A stretch of 62,842 nt of DNA, filler included, from Octopus bimaculoides (GCF_001194135.2; 6 parts of 6 records of this genome joined end to end with filler, not necessarily neighbours in it), one strand, 5' to 3'; counted from the whole stretch's first letter, positions 49,004 through 62,039 are shown. Notes: generated from the letters alone by a model not told the origin. A program made the numbers and translations.

Positions 49004-49410
49004 AGGCGCAGGCGTAGCTGTGAGGTGAGAAGCTTGTTTCCCAACTACATGTTTCCGGGTTCAGTCCTACTGCGTAGCACCTTGGGCAAGCGTCTTCTAT
49101 CATAGCTTCTAGCAAACCAAAGACCTGTGAGTGGATTTGGTTGACGAAGCCTAAAGTGTGCTTAACGTATATATACTTACGTGTTAGTCTGTACGCCTGG
49201 TTTTGTCTCCGACACCCACTCGCCTTAACGCTCTAAAATGAGTGTTGGTGTGTTTATGTCCCCTTAACTTAGCAGTTTGCCAACAAAGACTGATTGAGTG
49301 AGTACTGGACTTTAAAAAAAATTACTGGTGTGGATTGATTCAACTAAAATTCTTCAAGACGGTGCTGCAGTATGGCCGCATTCTGATGAATGAAAGAATA
49401 GAAGAATATC
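49004..49410 (+). mobile_element. SINE family S1, diverged full length
   Basis: Collinear with 678-1100; an inverted partial copy follows at 49610-49750. Confidence 0.75.
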
Positions 49411-49797
49411 GTGTGTGTGTGTGTGTGTACGTGTGAGTATATGCACGTAAGTATACACACATATATAGATATTTGTATATACCTGTATGTTCAGATATTC
49501 ATACGTACGTTACATAATGCGGAACGAATGAGACAGAAGTGCTCAATACATATTGTAGAGGATGGAGATTTTATTAAAACGTATATATACTTATATATAC
49601 TATGGTGTTCTTTCATTTTCCGTCAACCATATCCAATTATAAGGCTTTGGTCAGCTCGGGTCAATAGTAAAAGACACTTGACCAAAGTGTCACTGAGTGT
49701 GACTGAACCCAGATCCATGACGCCGGGAAGCAATCGTCTTGCTGCTAAACAATACCTGTAACGATGGTACACAGACATACAGACACACATACAAACA

Positions 49798-49828
<31 letters not shown>

Positions 49829-49881
49829 NNNNNNNNNNNNNNNNNNNNNNNNNNNNNNNNNNNNNNNNNNNNNNNNNNNNN

Positions 49882-49921
<40 letters not shown>

Positions 49922-51593
49922 TGTACACACATACATGCAGCTATGTGTAACTCTGTATACGATAGAAAGGGGTAGGAAGTAAGTATTAAGCAGCAAGAAC
50001 TGAAGGAAAAGAAAAAAGAAGTTTACACAAGATATTGGTAACTGTATTAAATTTGCGAAATAAAGTCAAATTATATGGGAATTTGACCCTTCACAAATAG
50101 ATTCTCAGAATATTGTCGTTGCCATAAAGTATAGTCAAACAAAATTTATGAAAAGCATCGTATACCATCAAAAGTTAATTTTAATAAACAGTGTTCCTGC
50201 AGAATGAAATTTGCAACGAGAAAATTTTTTCCTAAATAATTTTACTTTAATTTAAAAATGACATATGTTAAAAATATAATAATTATAAGACGAAGAACAA
50301 ATATACCAAATATAAACAAATAAATTAATGTTGCAACGAACAAAATAATGATTGACATATTCAAAAATTGAAAATTGGTAATTGAACATGTTCTTTCCAA
50401 AAAAATGTTTATTTGCACTCGTATAGGAAAATATGGCGTAAAATATTATGGGCGAGAAATAACCATTATAAAATGAAATTATAGAAGCCTTTAATGCAGG
50501 CCTTTATAACTTAGCTAAAAACGACTGTAAGGTGCAAAAAATAACTCTATAACCAAGAAATTAAATAGATTTAAAACATCGCGAAAAACATTATTGATGC
50601 TTCATCGAACAAAATGGAACAAAATCTAGGAAACGGAACAGTTTGCAACGTAGTAATATTGTCTAATAACATAGCAACAACTTACAACTCAAAATGAATC
50701 GCACAGCTCTAACAATCTTGAAACCAAGTAAATTGCTACTATCTGAAAATAGGTAAGCTCCGCAGAATATATAAAACCACGTAAACCATATATTACCTAA
50801 AATTATCACAATTTTATTAAGAACCCAAATGTAAATGTAGGTTCACTAAGCTTAGAAGAACTGAATTGAACATAGCAATAATATTCTAGTTTATACCAAT
50901 GTTAAGACTTAAAATAGGACTTTTACTTCCATTATTGAATAATATTAGTTTCGCCATAAAATATTTCAACCTCATTAATGATAAACACACGGAGAATTTA
51001 CATGATTTGATATAGTAGAATTATATCCCTCTCGTAGTCTATGAATCCAACGCAAGAATATTTCCTTTTCACTTTATATTTGGGCGAAGACTAGTTTAGT
51101 GATTCCATGGAGATTGAAAGCATTCCTACCATAGTAGCTTTTTTTATAATGGCATCGTGGAATATTTTCCTCTCTTCCAATTAAAGATTGCTAGATAGGT
51201 ACTACGAAAAATATTTATACATACATGTGTGTGTGTGTATGTGGTTAATAAATCGTATTGTATGCACCTGGTAGTTTGCTGGTAAGGCACTTTCATTGGC
51301 ATAGTGTTCGGTGAGTATATAATTATTGAGAATGACAGAAGATGGACGATACGACAATCTTTATTGATCACTGCAATTCTTCCGACCCATCTAGCATCGA
51401 TCCCTTGTAACTGGGTTATTGTACAACTGATTTAGGTATATGCTTGGTGTAAATGTGTCTCTTCAAGTGATTCCAGGAGGTATCTCGTTAAAATAAACTG
51501 TTTCGAACAACTTTGTATATATATATATATATATATATATAATACAAATAAGATTCAGTTGAATTAGGTACTTAAATTGAGGTACCTTGTTAG

Positions 51594-51722
51594 GTCAGAG
51601 TAACATGCACATCCAAATATTTCAAACTCAGTGCAGAAGTGCTAACACCTGATATTCTTGCAGTGTATGCAGATAATAGAACGGAGCATAGTGAAGAGAT
51701 CCGCTCTTGGCTATTCAGACAT
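51594..51722 (+). CDS. Tentative 129-nt exon (VRVTCTSKYFKLSAEVLTPDILAVYADNRTEHSEEIRSWLFRH)
   Basis: Open frame begins right after ttgttag| in AT-rich DNA; donor CAT|gtattt; no homolog recognised. Confidence 0.2.
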
Positions 51723-51860
51723 GTATTTTATATTAAAATAATTTCTATAATATTTCCATTTTTAATGGTCAAACATGGAATTGGATTGTCGTCGTAGGGA
51801 GTCATATCGGCTTAACAACTTCTATTACAATCATTGTTTTAAACAACGCATTTATCTTAA

Positions 51861-51902
51861 GTGAAAACTGCGTTTCGGCGTGATTAACACCTCTTCAGTT
51901 AC
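51861..51902 (-). ncRNA. Hammerhead-like motif, family D (slightly degenerate)
   Basis: GUAA-CUGAAGA-GGUGU-UAAUC-ACGCC-GAAAC-GCA-GUU-UUCAC: intact core and 5-bp helix II; helix I needs a bulge. Confidence 0.5.
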
Positions 51903-52469
51903 AAGAACTCCTCAGAGTTTTGAAGTTAATAGTTGTTGTCACTGAATGTATAGACAAAAACATACGTACATGCAAACATTCATACATGTATATATACGCA
52001 CACACATGCATAAATGCATAGTGTGTGTGTATAAATATATATATATGTATCTGTTTGTATGTATATATGGAGGAGCGTAAAACAAATCAGTTTCTTAATA
52101 TTGTTTACCACTATGTTTTTCCGTGTGGGCAAAAATAATGATTCTTATTTTAATTTTCAATTCTTCAATTTTAAAATATGTCAATGATGAATTTTTCTTG
52201 TTTTATATGCACACGCCTGTTTTTATTTACATATTCAGTTTTCATTTTAATCGTCATTATTATTCTTATTCTTATTACTATTATTATCATTAAGTCTTTG
52301 TAAACGTCACATTTACAATGACACGTCCACAAGGGATATTTGTATTAAAAAAAATTTCCGATAGAAATTAGCAACTAATAAGAATAAACCATAAACTTGT
52401 TTTTCCTTTAAATTGTTCTGGGTTTTTTGCGAACGTATGTGGGTGTGTGCGTGTTCACGTGAGTACACA

Positions 52470-52505
<36 letters not shown>

Positions 52506-52989
52506 TATATGTTGGATTTTTAAAGAAACGGCAACGAAAATTGGAGTTTACGAAATATTGTGATGTTTCAGCTTTTAATAAAAATGTGTGTGTATGTATG
52601 TGTAGGTGTGCATGCGGACGTGCATGCGCGAAGCAAAACACTAGCGATCTGTAGCTCTGACGCAGTTTCAATCCGAACCGTTTCATTTAGCATGCTAATA
52701 ATGATTGCTCCTAAAACCCTACATTTATTTCTTTACAATTTTGCATCTTAGAATATTGATAGAATCGTCAACCTTACACAAGAGAGAAGAAATACATATT
52801 GCTGTTGAACCGTGTTTAGCCGTAAGCGTATAGACCTTTGAACCAAGGTCGTATTCCTGACCCGCTCGTCTTTGATATTTGGTTATTTAGGATTCCATAA
52901 CATAAGGTGCCATTTTCTTTTTTATTTCAAAACTGCTATAACTAAGATAATGCTGTCGCTGCTATAGCATAATTATCCTTGGTTAGGAC

Positions 52990-53930
52990 CTCAAGTTGGC
53001 ACGCTGCACAAATTCTGTTGCCATTGTTGTTGCTATTGTCATTATTGTTCTCGTTGCTATAGACATAATTATCACCGTTGCTAGCGTCGTTTCCGTTATT
53101 GTTGCCGTTGTCTCTGTCATCATCATCATCATCATCATCATCGTAATCATCGTCATCATCATCATCATCGTCCTTCTTGATGGTGTTGCCGTTGGTGTTG
53201 TTGATATCATCGCCGTTGCTATCGCCGTTTTCGTCATTGTTGCCGTTCCAGTAGCTTTGATGCTATTTCTATCGCTGTTGCCGTTGTCTTCGTCGTACTC
53301 ATTGCATCACCGTTGCGTCGTACCCATTGCATCACCGTTGCTATCGTCGTCATCGACATCCTCGTTGTACTCATTGCAGTTGCTGTCGTTGTTGTTGTTG
53401 TTGCTGCTATTACTGTACATTGCTATTTTTTTTACCGTCGTCGTCATCATCGTTGTAATTGCTATTGTTGCTATTGCTATCGTCATCATTGATATCATCA
53501 CCGTTGCTATCGTCGTTTTGCCATTGTTACCGTTCCAGTTGTTGTTGCTTTTTCCTGTTGTTGTCGCCGTTGTCTTTGTTGTTGTCGCTATCGCCGCCAT
53601 TGTCATCCTCGTCGTCAGCGTCACCCACGTCGTCTTCATTGCAGTTATTGCTACTGTTGTTGTTGTTGTTGTTGTTGCTATTTCTCCCATTGCTTTTCTT
53701 CTTACCATCGCCATCATCATCACCATCGTTATAATTGCTGTTGTTGTCATCATCCCTATTGATTTTTTTGCTTTTTCTATTTATTTATTTTTTTTCCTGG
53801 TCAGGGACATTTTCTGTGTTGTTATTGTTGCTATCGATTTCGGAGCTATTATATCTGCTGCCGCCATTGATATAATCTTTGCCGTTGTTATTGCCGCTAA
53901 TTCACACACCCATGCACACCATACCACAAC
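52990..53930. repeat. Long degenerate trinucleotide (GTT/GCT/ATC/GTC) low-complexity tract
   Basis: Direct reading; explains the V/I/A and T/M-rich pseudo-ORFs. Confidence 0.9.
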
Positions 53931-54314
53931 ACCATAGGAAACACTAAAGCCAAAAGCCACACACACACAACAAAATCGCAGCAACATACTCCCACCCCTC
54001 GCATCCTTACACATCACATCCTTCGCTTCTCTTACATTTTCACGCCTTCTGCAACCATCTTTTTTTCTCATATCGCCTCCGCTTTTCCTCATTCGTTTTT
54101 TTTTTATTATTTTTATTTTCACTGTCGTTTCTCTATACATACATAGAAGAGGAAACTACCCTAAGGCCTATCTGGCCCCTATTTTGTGTTCAGTAGTTTT
54201 CTTGCCAATATTTCAATAACATCTTATATCAGCTGCATAAAATGTTATTTCTATATATCTATTTATTTATTATTATTATCATTACTATTCTTCTTCTTCT
54301 TCTTCTTCTTTTTC

Positions 54315-54382
<68 letters not shown>

Positions 54383-55308
54383 GTTCAGTAGTTTTATTTT
54401 TATAACGTGCTTTCACTTCACTACCGAGCGCNNNNNNNNNNNNNNNNNNNNNNNNNNNNNNNNNNNNNNNNNNNNNNNNNNNNNNNNNNNNNNNNNNNNN
54501 NNNNNNNNNNNNNNNNNNNNNNNNNNNNNNNNNNNNNNNNNNNNNNNNNNNNNNNNNNNNNNNNNNNNNNNNNNNNNNNNNNNNNNNNNNNNNNNNNNNN
54601 NNNNNNNNNNNNNNNNNNNNNNNNNNNNNNNNNNNNNNNNNNNNNNNNNNNNNNNNNNNNNNNNNNNNNNNNNNNNNNNNNNNNNNNNNNNNNNNNNNNN
54701 NNNNNNNNNNNNNNNNNNNNNNNNNNNNNNNNNNNNNNNNNNNNNNNNNNNNNNNNNNNNNNNNNNNNNNNNNNNNNNNNNNNNNNNNNNNNNNNNNNNN
54801 NNNNNNNNNNNNNNNNNNNNNNNNNNNNNNNNNNNNNNNNNNNNNNNNNNNNNNNNNNNNNNNNNNNNNNNNNNNNNNNNNNNNNNNNNNNNNNNNNNNN
54901 NNNNNNNNNNNNNNNNNNNNNNNNNNNNNNNNNNNNNNNNNNNNNNNNNNNNNNNNNNNNNNNNNNNNNNNNNNNNNNNNNNNNNNNNNNNNNNNNNNNN
55001 NNNNNNNNNNNNNNNNNNNNNNNNNNNNNNNNNNNNNNNNNNNNNNNNNNNNNNNNNNNNNNNNNNNNNNNNNNNNNNNNNNNNNNNNNNNNNNNNNNNN
55101 NNNNNNNNNNNNNNNNNNNNNNNNNNNNNNNNNNNNNNNNNNNNNNNNNNNNNNNNNNNNNNNNNNNNNNNNNNNNNNNNNNNNNNNNNNNNNNNNNNNN
55201 NNNNNNNNNNNNNNNNNNNNNNNNNNNNNNNNNNNNNNNNNNNNNNNNNNNNNNNNNNNNNNNNNNNNNNNNNNNNNNNNNNNNNNNNNNNNNNNNNNNN
55301 TGGTGTTG

Positions 55309-55340
<32 letters not shown>

Positions 55341-55604
55341 GGTGAGGGTTATGGTGGTTGTGGTGGTAGCGGCGGTGGTGGTGTTGATGGCAATGGCGGT
55401 CATGGTGATGATGGTTGTGGTGGTAGTGTTGTTGTTGTTGTTGTTGGTGATGGTGGTGGTGGCGATGATGGTTATGGTGGTGGTGGTGGTGGTAGAAGTA
55501 GATATGACGTTCTTTTCCGTGGCTGTTGTTCATGTTATTATTTATGTTACTGTTAACTTCCGTTTTTAGCTAGTCGTTGTTGCGATGATTCCGTTGCTGA
55601 TCTT

Positions 55605-55651
<47 letters not shown>

Positions 55652-55686
55652 TGTCATCATCATCATGATTATTATTATTATTATGA

Positions 55687-55741
<55 letters not shown>

Positions 55742-55758
55742 CATTATTATTATTGTTG

Positions 55759-55801
<43 letters not shown>

Positions 55802-55836
55802 CATTATTATTATTATTATCATTATTATTATTGTTG

Positions 55837-55873
<37 letters not shown>

Positions 55874-55973
55874 NNNNNNNNNNNNNNNNNNNNNNNNNNN
55901 NNNNNNNNNNNNNNNNNTTAATTAATTAANNNNNNNNNNNNNNNNNNNNNNNNNNNNNNNNNNNNNNNNNNNN

Positions 55974-56019
<46 letters not shown>

Positions 56020-57169
56020 GCATGGCTGTGTGGTAAGAAATTTGCTTCTAGGTTCAGTCCCAATGCATGGCACTATGGGCAACTGTCTTCTACTATAGTG
56101 TTGGGCCGACCAAAGCCGTGTGAGTAAACTTGGGAGGTAGAAACTGAAAGGAGCCTGTCGTATATATACATATATATGTATATACATATTTATATCGTTG
56201 CTATTATGTTAAACTGTTGGCTGTCCAAATTTGGATAAATGCCATTTTTTCCAATATTTATTTTTGCTTGCGATAGCCGGTTCTTTTGGTCAAACTATCG
56301 TATCTCCAGCTGCTTCAGATGCCAAGATATCAAAAATTGTCAAAGTGTAGTACCATCTCTTAGCCCCTATTGTTCCTAGGTTTACTCTAATAGCACCTGC
56401 CAGGACTCCACTTATGGGTCAACTAGCATGTGTACCACCCGCATCAAACCCTGGCAACATCTGCTCTGATAATCAATGGTGACTTGGTTACTGAATCTTC
56501 TGCAAAGGTTGACAATCGAGTGTGGAGCAACCTTCTTGACCGCTATCATTCCCAGGTCGACTCTGACCCAGAGTAACAGCACTTGTCAGGGTCCAGCATC
56601 TGTTAGGGTCCCAGTTATGGGTTAACTAGCATGTCTACCACTCACTTTAAACCCTTTCTACGTCTGCTCCAAAAGTTGGCGATGACTTGTTCAGCAATTA
56701 ACGGAAATATGAACCTGTTAAGGGTCACACTGTCCCAGAGGTGTGTATGCATGTAACCAGGGATCACATATGAACCTATATTTCCACTGAAACTCCGAAC
56801 GCAAACGCTACACCTCAACAGCAAGTGACCACTATGGCTACAGTGTCCCTGCTATCTGATGTGCTTGCTCTCCCAGCGGGGCATTTCTCAAATTTGCAAG
56901 TAGGATCTTTGGGCCACAGGCAGAAGCATTACTTTGCCTGCTGGAACGCTAGGGCTGGCCGCCAGATTTGGTCAGTATTTGCGAGGGGGCCTGGTGAACT
57001 TGTTGGTCAGACCTAGCTCTATCCTGGGTGATTGCCGCAAGTACAAGTATGTAGGAATAGCAAGGCAGTTAAGTCTGGTTAGCAATCTTTTCATTTCAGA
57101 TTCAATCTCACTGCACAGCACCTAACCTTCTTTTCCAACCTTGGGGCAACTGAGCCCTTCGGAGTGAAA

Positions 57170-57736
57170 TCTGACCCAAATCTCCCTCAAATCACACCTT
57201 ACTGTCTTAAGTATGTATATATGAATGAGCCAATGAGAGAGACCCCTACATGGTAACTTGAACTGTTAGAAATAACAGGGACATCTCCCTCAAATCACAC
57301 CCTACTATATAATGTATGCATGTATGAGCCAATAAGAGAGACCTCTATATATAGTTATATCTAAAAGAAATAGCAGCCAAATCTTCCTCAAATCACGCCC
57401 CACTGTCTTATGTATGTATGTATCAGCCTATGAGAGAGACCTCTACATGGTAGCTAGACCAAGTAGGAATAGCAACCAAATCTCCCTCAAATCACACCCT
57501 ACTCTCTTGTGTATATATATGTATGTATGTATGAGCCAACCAGGCAGACCTCTATATGGTAACTAGACCTGGTAGAAATAGTAGCCAAATTTCCCTCAAG
57601 TCACATCCTTCTGTCTTATGTATGTATGAGCCAAAGAGGGAGACTTCTACATGGTAGTTGTATCTAAAACATATAGCAGCCAAAACTCCCTCGCATCACA
57701 CCATACTGTCTTATCTATGTGTGTATGTATATACAC

Positions 57737-57771
<35 letters not shown>

Positions 57772-57895
57772 NNNNNNNNNNATATATATATGTATGAGCC
57801 AATGAAGGAGACTTCTACATGGTAGCTAGACATGGTAGTAACAACAGCCAAACCTCCCTCAAATCACATTCTACATATATATATGTAAGCTAACA
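57170..57895. repeat. About seven-copy tandem array of a ~100-bp unit containing a dispersed-repeat fragment plus (ATGT)n
   Basis: CCAAATCTCCCTCAAATCACACC recurs near 57176, 57282, 57377, 57476, 57586, 57681 and 57848; a single inverted relative lies at 16260-16310. Confidence 0.85.
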
Positions 57896-59769
57896 AGGCA
57901 AACCTGTACATCAGGAGCCGGCAAAGAGTCCAATATTGACCCCTCTGTGGTGGTGGAGGTCTATGTGACTCTCCAAGGGGGTTGATAAGATAAATGTTAC
58001 CATAACTGCATCGATATAATAACGGGACCAAAATTTTTTATTGTTCCTCATTGAATTCGTTAAGAATTTTCATTAAATTTCTTTAAATGTTTCTTATCAA
58101 AAAGTGTTAACAACACAAAAGAACAGGATTTTTTGTTTCAAAACCAAGAAATTTTGTGGTTAATTCAGCTTTTTGATCTTATTTCAATAATTTACCTGAT
58201 GGTAGGGGTCATAATTTATAAAGTATTCTATGAAAGGGCCAATTGTAACAAGTTTGCTGACACCTGGTTTAGGGATACATGGTCTGTTGCAAGCCTTCTA
58301 TCCTGATGATAAATTGCACCCTTTTTCCCACTAGATTCGAAAGGCCTGAAAAGAGGACACACGTTGGGAACCCTTCTTACTCTGATGAAAACTAAGGGGG
58401 AGGGGGGAAGCCAAAAGAAAAAAAATGAAAATAAAAGTGCAGAACAATGGTGGTGGTGGTGGTGGTGACCCATCATGAATGGAGAGTCTGTGTCCAGGGA
58501 GTGGCAAGGCCGACAACAGCTGACCTCTGTGAACAATGTCCATCAAGAGAAGGTATGAGAACAGAAGTAGGTCCAGGGAGGAGAGTAGAATGGTCAGCAG
58601 AGAGAGAGGGGGGAGGAAGAGACAGACAGAAGAGAGAGGGAGGGAGCGAAAGAGAGGAGGGGAGAGACAGATAGAGGGAGGGAGAGAAGGATAAATGGAG
58701 AAAGAGAGACAGAAAGGGGGAAAGACTGAGAAGGAGAGAGAGAGGAAGAGAGAGAGAGAGGAAGAGAGAGAGAGGAAGAGAGAGAGGAAGAGAGAGAGAG
58801 AGGAAGAGAGAGAGAGAGGAAGAGAGAGAGAGAGGAAGAGAGAGAGAGAGGAANNNNNNNNNNNNNNNNNNNNNNNNNNNNNNNNNNNNNNNNNNNNNNN
58901 NNNNNNNNNNNNNNNNNNNNNNNNNNNNNNNNNNNNNNNNNNNNNNNNNNNNNNNNNNNNNNNNNNNNNNNNNNNNNNNNNNNNNNNNNNNNNNNNNNNN
59001 NNNNNNNNNNNNNNNNNNNNNNNNNNNNNNNNNNNNNNNNNNNNNNNNNNNNNNNNNNNNNNNNNNNNNNNNNNNNNNNNNNNNNNNNNNNNNNNNNNNN
59101 NNNNNNNNNNNNNNNNNNNNNNNNNNNNNNNNNNNNNNNNNNNNNNNNNNNNNNNNNNNNNNNNNNNNNNNNNNNNNNNNNNNNNNNNNNNNNNNNNNNN
59201 NNNNNNNNNNNNNNNNNNNNNNNNNNNNNNNNNNNNNNNNNNNNNNNNNNNNNNNNNNNNNNNNNNNNNNNNNNNNNNNNNNNNNNNNNNNNNNNNNNNN
59301 NNNNNNNNNNNNNNNNNNNNNNNNNNNNNNNNNNNNNNNNNNNNNNNNNNNNNNNNNNNNNNNNNNNNNNNNNNNNNNNNNNNNNNNNNNNNNNNNNNNN
59401 NNNNNNNNNNNNNNNNNNNNNNNNNNNNNNNNNNNNNNNNNNNNNNNNNNNNNNNNNNAGAGAGTAGAGGAGGGAAAGGGTCAGGTTAAAAAAAAAAATC
59501 GGAGGGGAAAGAAAAGGAGGAAGAAGAAGAAGAAGAAGAAGAAGAAGAAGAAGAAGAAGAAGAAGAAGGAGAAGAAGCGGTAATTAAAACAGATTAAGAT
59601 CAGAAAGATAATAATAATAATTATAATAATAATAATAATGATAATAATAATACACAATAAGAAGAATGCGATACGGCATGTAATATAAATATCGATTGAT
59701 TCTGATTGTTGACTTGAACGATATTTCGATACTGTGGTCCGAAACGAGTCGGTAGAGGAAAATATCTTT

Positions 59770-60672
59770 GGTCAGGTTTGGGAAGGAATCTAGCCAGAAA
59801 GTGCAAAGATGGTTGCTTCCGATAGGATCCTGTGGAGGAGGCACCTGAGGAACTACAGCCCCAAAAACCCCTCCCAAGAAGAGCGGGTAGAGAAGATGGA
59901 TGGATGGATGGATGCAAAGTTCATTCATGTTCTTCAAGCTGCGTCAACTGGCGGGGAAACCTTTGAGTCGACAGGAGACTGAGGGGGGTAGAGCAAGAAT
60001 GAAAGGGTTGGATAAGATCTATAGTCTCGGTTGGTCAGGTTTAGGAATCCACTAGGACACTAAAGAGGAGGTGTCCGAGGACTCTACCTCCATGACTCAC
60101 CAAGGAAGTGTCAACTGGCAGGAGACCTTGAGGTAGACTAAGAACGGGATGGTTGGATAATACACATAGTCTCTTGTTGGTCATGCTTGGAAATCCAGTA
60201 GGAAAGTATAATAAGGTTGCTTCTGGTAGGCCCCTAAAGAGGAGGTGCTTGATGATTCCACCTCCATGAGCCTCCAAGGGGTTTATGGTTGGAGTAGATG
60301 AGTGGATGAAAGAAGTCACAGATACTTCAGACCAAATCAATTGACAGAAGGCCTAAGGGTAAAGCAAGAACGAGATGGCTGGATAATATCCAAAGTCTCA
60401 ATTGGTCACACTTGGGAATCCAGCAGAAAAGTCTAACGTTGGTCGCTTGTTATAGGACCCTATGGAGGGGGTTCCTGAGGAGTCTACCCTCTCAGCTCTG
60501 GTACTGTGGACATGTGATCAGATTCTTGCAGGAAGAATCCCAAGATGGATTCTTCAAGTCAAGCCAACTGGCAGGAGACCTAGGGGTGGCGCAAGAATGA
60601 GGTGGTTGGATAACGTCCATAGTCTTGGTTGGTCATGCTTGGAAATTCAAGAGGAAAGTGAAATGATGATTG
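59770..60672 (+). repeat. Second tandem array of about five RTE LINE 3' ends
   Basis: Repeated PTGRRPRG.(A/P)R.RWLDN.HSLGWS.LGI units, same family as 7595-9020. Confidence 0.75.
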
Positions 60673-60683
60673 CTTACTCTTTT

Positions 60684-61170
60684 ACTTGGTTCAGTCATTT
60701 GACTGCGGTCATGCTGGAGCACCGCCTTTAGTCGAGCAAATCGACCGCAAGGACTTATTCTTTNNNNNNNNNNNNNNNNNNNNNNNNNNNNNNNNNNNNN
60801 NNNNNNNNNNNNNNNNNNNNNNNNNNNNNNNNNNNNNNNNNNNNNNNNNNNNNNNNNNNNNNNNNNNNNNNNNNNNNNNNNNNNNNNNNNNNNNNNNNNN
60901 NNNNNNNNNNNNNNNNNNNNNNNNNNNNNNNNNNNNNNNNNNNNNNNNNNNNNGCTCGAAACGTCAAAGACTTTCCGTATTCCCGAGCGTCATACTAATA
61001 TATACTTTTGTTATTTACACCACCTGTCCTCGTCTGTTGTTATTTTTTGTATATTCTCCCATATATATATATACATATATATATATACATATATATACGA
61101 CGGGCTTCTTTCAGTTTCCGTCTACCAAATCCACTCACAAGGCTTTGGTCGGCCCGAGGCTATAGTAGAA
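60684..61170 (-). mobile_element. SINE family S1 (minus) with a family A repeat (60954-61060, plus) joined at its (AT)n tract
   Basis: S1 tail at 60684-60763 and S1 body at 61096-61170; the family A piece starts GCTCGAAACGTCAAAGA, with the rest of its hammerhead in the gap. Confidence 0.75.
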
Positions 61171-61587
61171 GAAGCTTGTATATATCATCACCATCATCAT
61201 TTAATGTCTGTTTTCCATGCTAGCCTCAGGTTGGATGATTTGACAGGATCCGATGTACTCCAGTGTCTGTTTCGGCATGGTTTCTATGGCTACAAGCCTT
61301 TCCTAATGCCAACCGTTTCACAGAATGTGTAGGGTGCTTTTTCTGTGCCACCTGCACTACTTTGGTTACCATGCAATTTGCAGGTCTAGGAACCCTGGGG
61401 GGAAGTGATTGGGAGTCAGCTGCATGCAGGAAAATGAGGGGGATTACGATTAGAAGGGGTGAGACAGACCAGGTTCTGGCAGGGGGATCAAGGCATCAAC
61501 ATAGCTACTTGCATCTATTACAGGAAAAAGGATAAAAATAAAGAGTAAATTATCAATAGGTGTGTGTGTGTGTGTGTGTGTGTGTGA

Positions 61588-61960
61588 CCATCATCATCAT
61601 CATCTTCTAATGTCTGCTTTCCATGCTGGCATGGGTTGGACAGTTTGACTGGAACTGGTAAGTTGGAGAGCTGTGCCGGGTTCCAGTCTGATCTGGCTTG
61701 GTTACTGCAGTTGGACGCCCTTCCTAATGCCAACCACTCCAGGGAGTGTAATGGGTGCCTTCTTACGTGCCACTGGCATAGGGGTCATTTACATGACGCC
61801 AGCAATGGCCACGACTACGATTTCACAGGTGAAATGTAAATGGCACCTGTGAAAACGTAGTCATGGCCATGTAAATGGCACCTGCACAAGTGGCACAGGT
61901 GCCATTTACATGGCACTGGCAACAACCATGACTACGATTTCACTTGGCTCAACAAGTGTT
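61588..61960 (-). mobile_element. RTE-tailed SINE-like repeat with internal inverted duplications
   Basis: (CAT)n tail, CCATGCTGGCATGGGTTGGAC, CCCTTCCTAATGCCAACC; hairpins at 61807-61914. Confidence 0.7.
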
Positions 61961-62039
61961 TGAACCCAACCAACGAAGACTGATATACAGTCAAAATATT
62001 TATTTCTTTATTGCCCATGGGGGGTGGGGAGGACTAAAC

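Noticed and set aside
41466-55925. Long ORFs such as 41466-42284, 52996-53937, 54186-55556 and all X-containing ORFs
   Set aside because: They are translations of microsatellites, trinucleotide tracts or N gaps; no domain signal.
9819-55929. TTAATTAATTAA islands inside N runs (9819, 27077, 38320, 42576, 55918)
   Set aside because: An identical palindromic all-frame-stop 12-mer centred in ~100-bp N blocks is an artificial scaffolding linker, not biology. Contiguity across these joins is uncertain.
58475-58552. ATG-initiated 26-codon frame with an AAG|gtatga donor
   Set aside because: Lies between (GGT)n and (GA)n tracts, with no recognisable peptide and no downstream exon identified.
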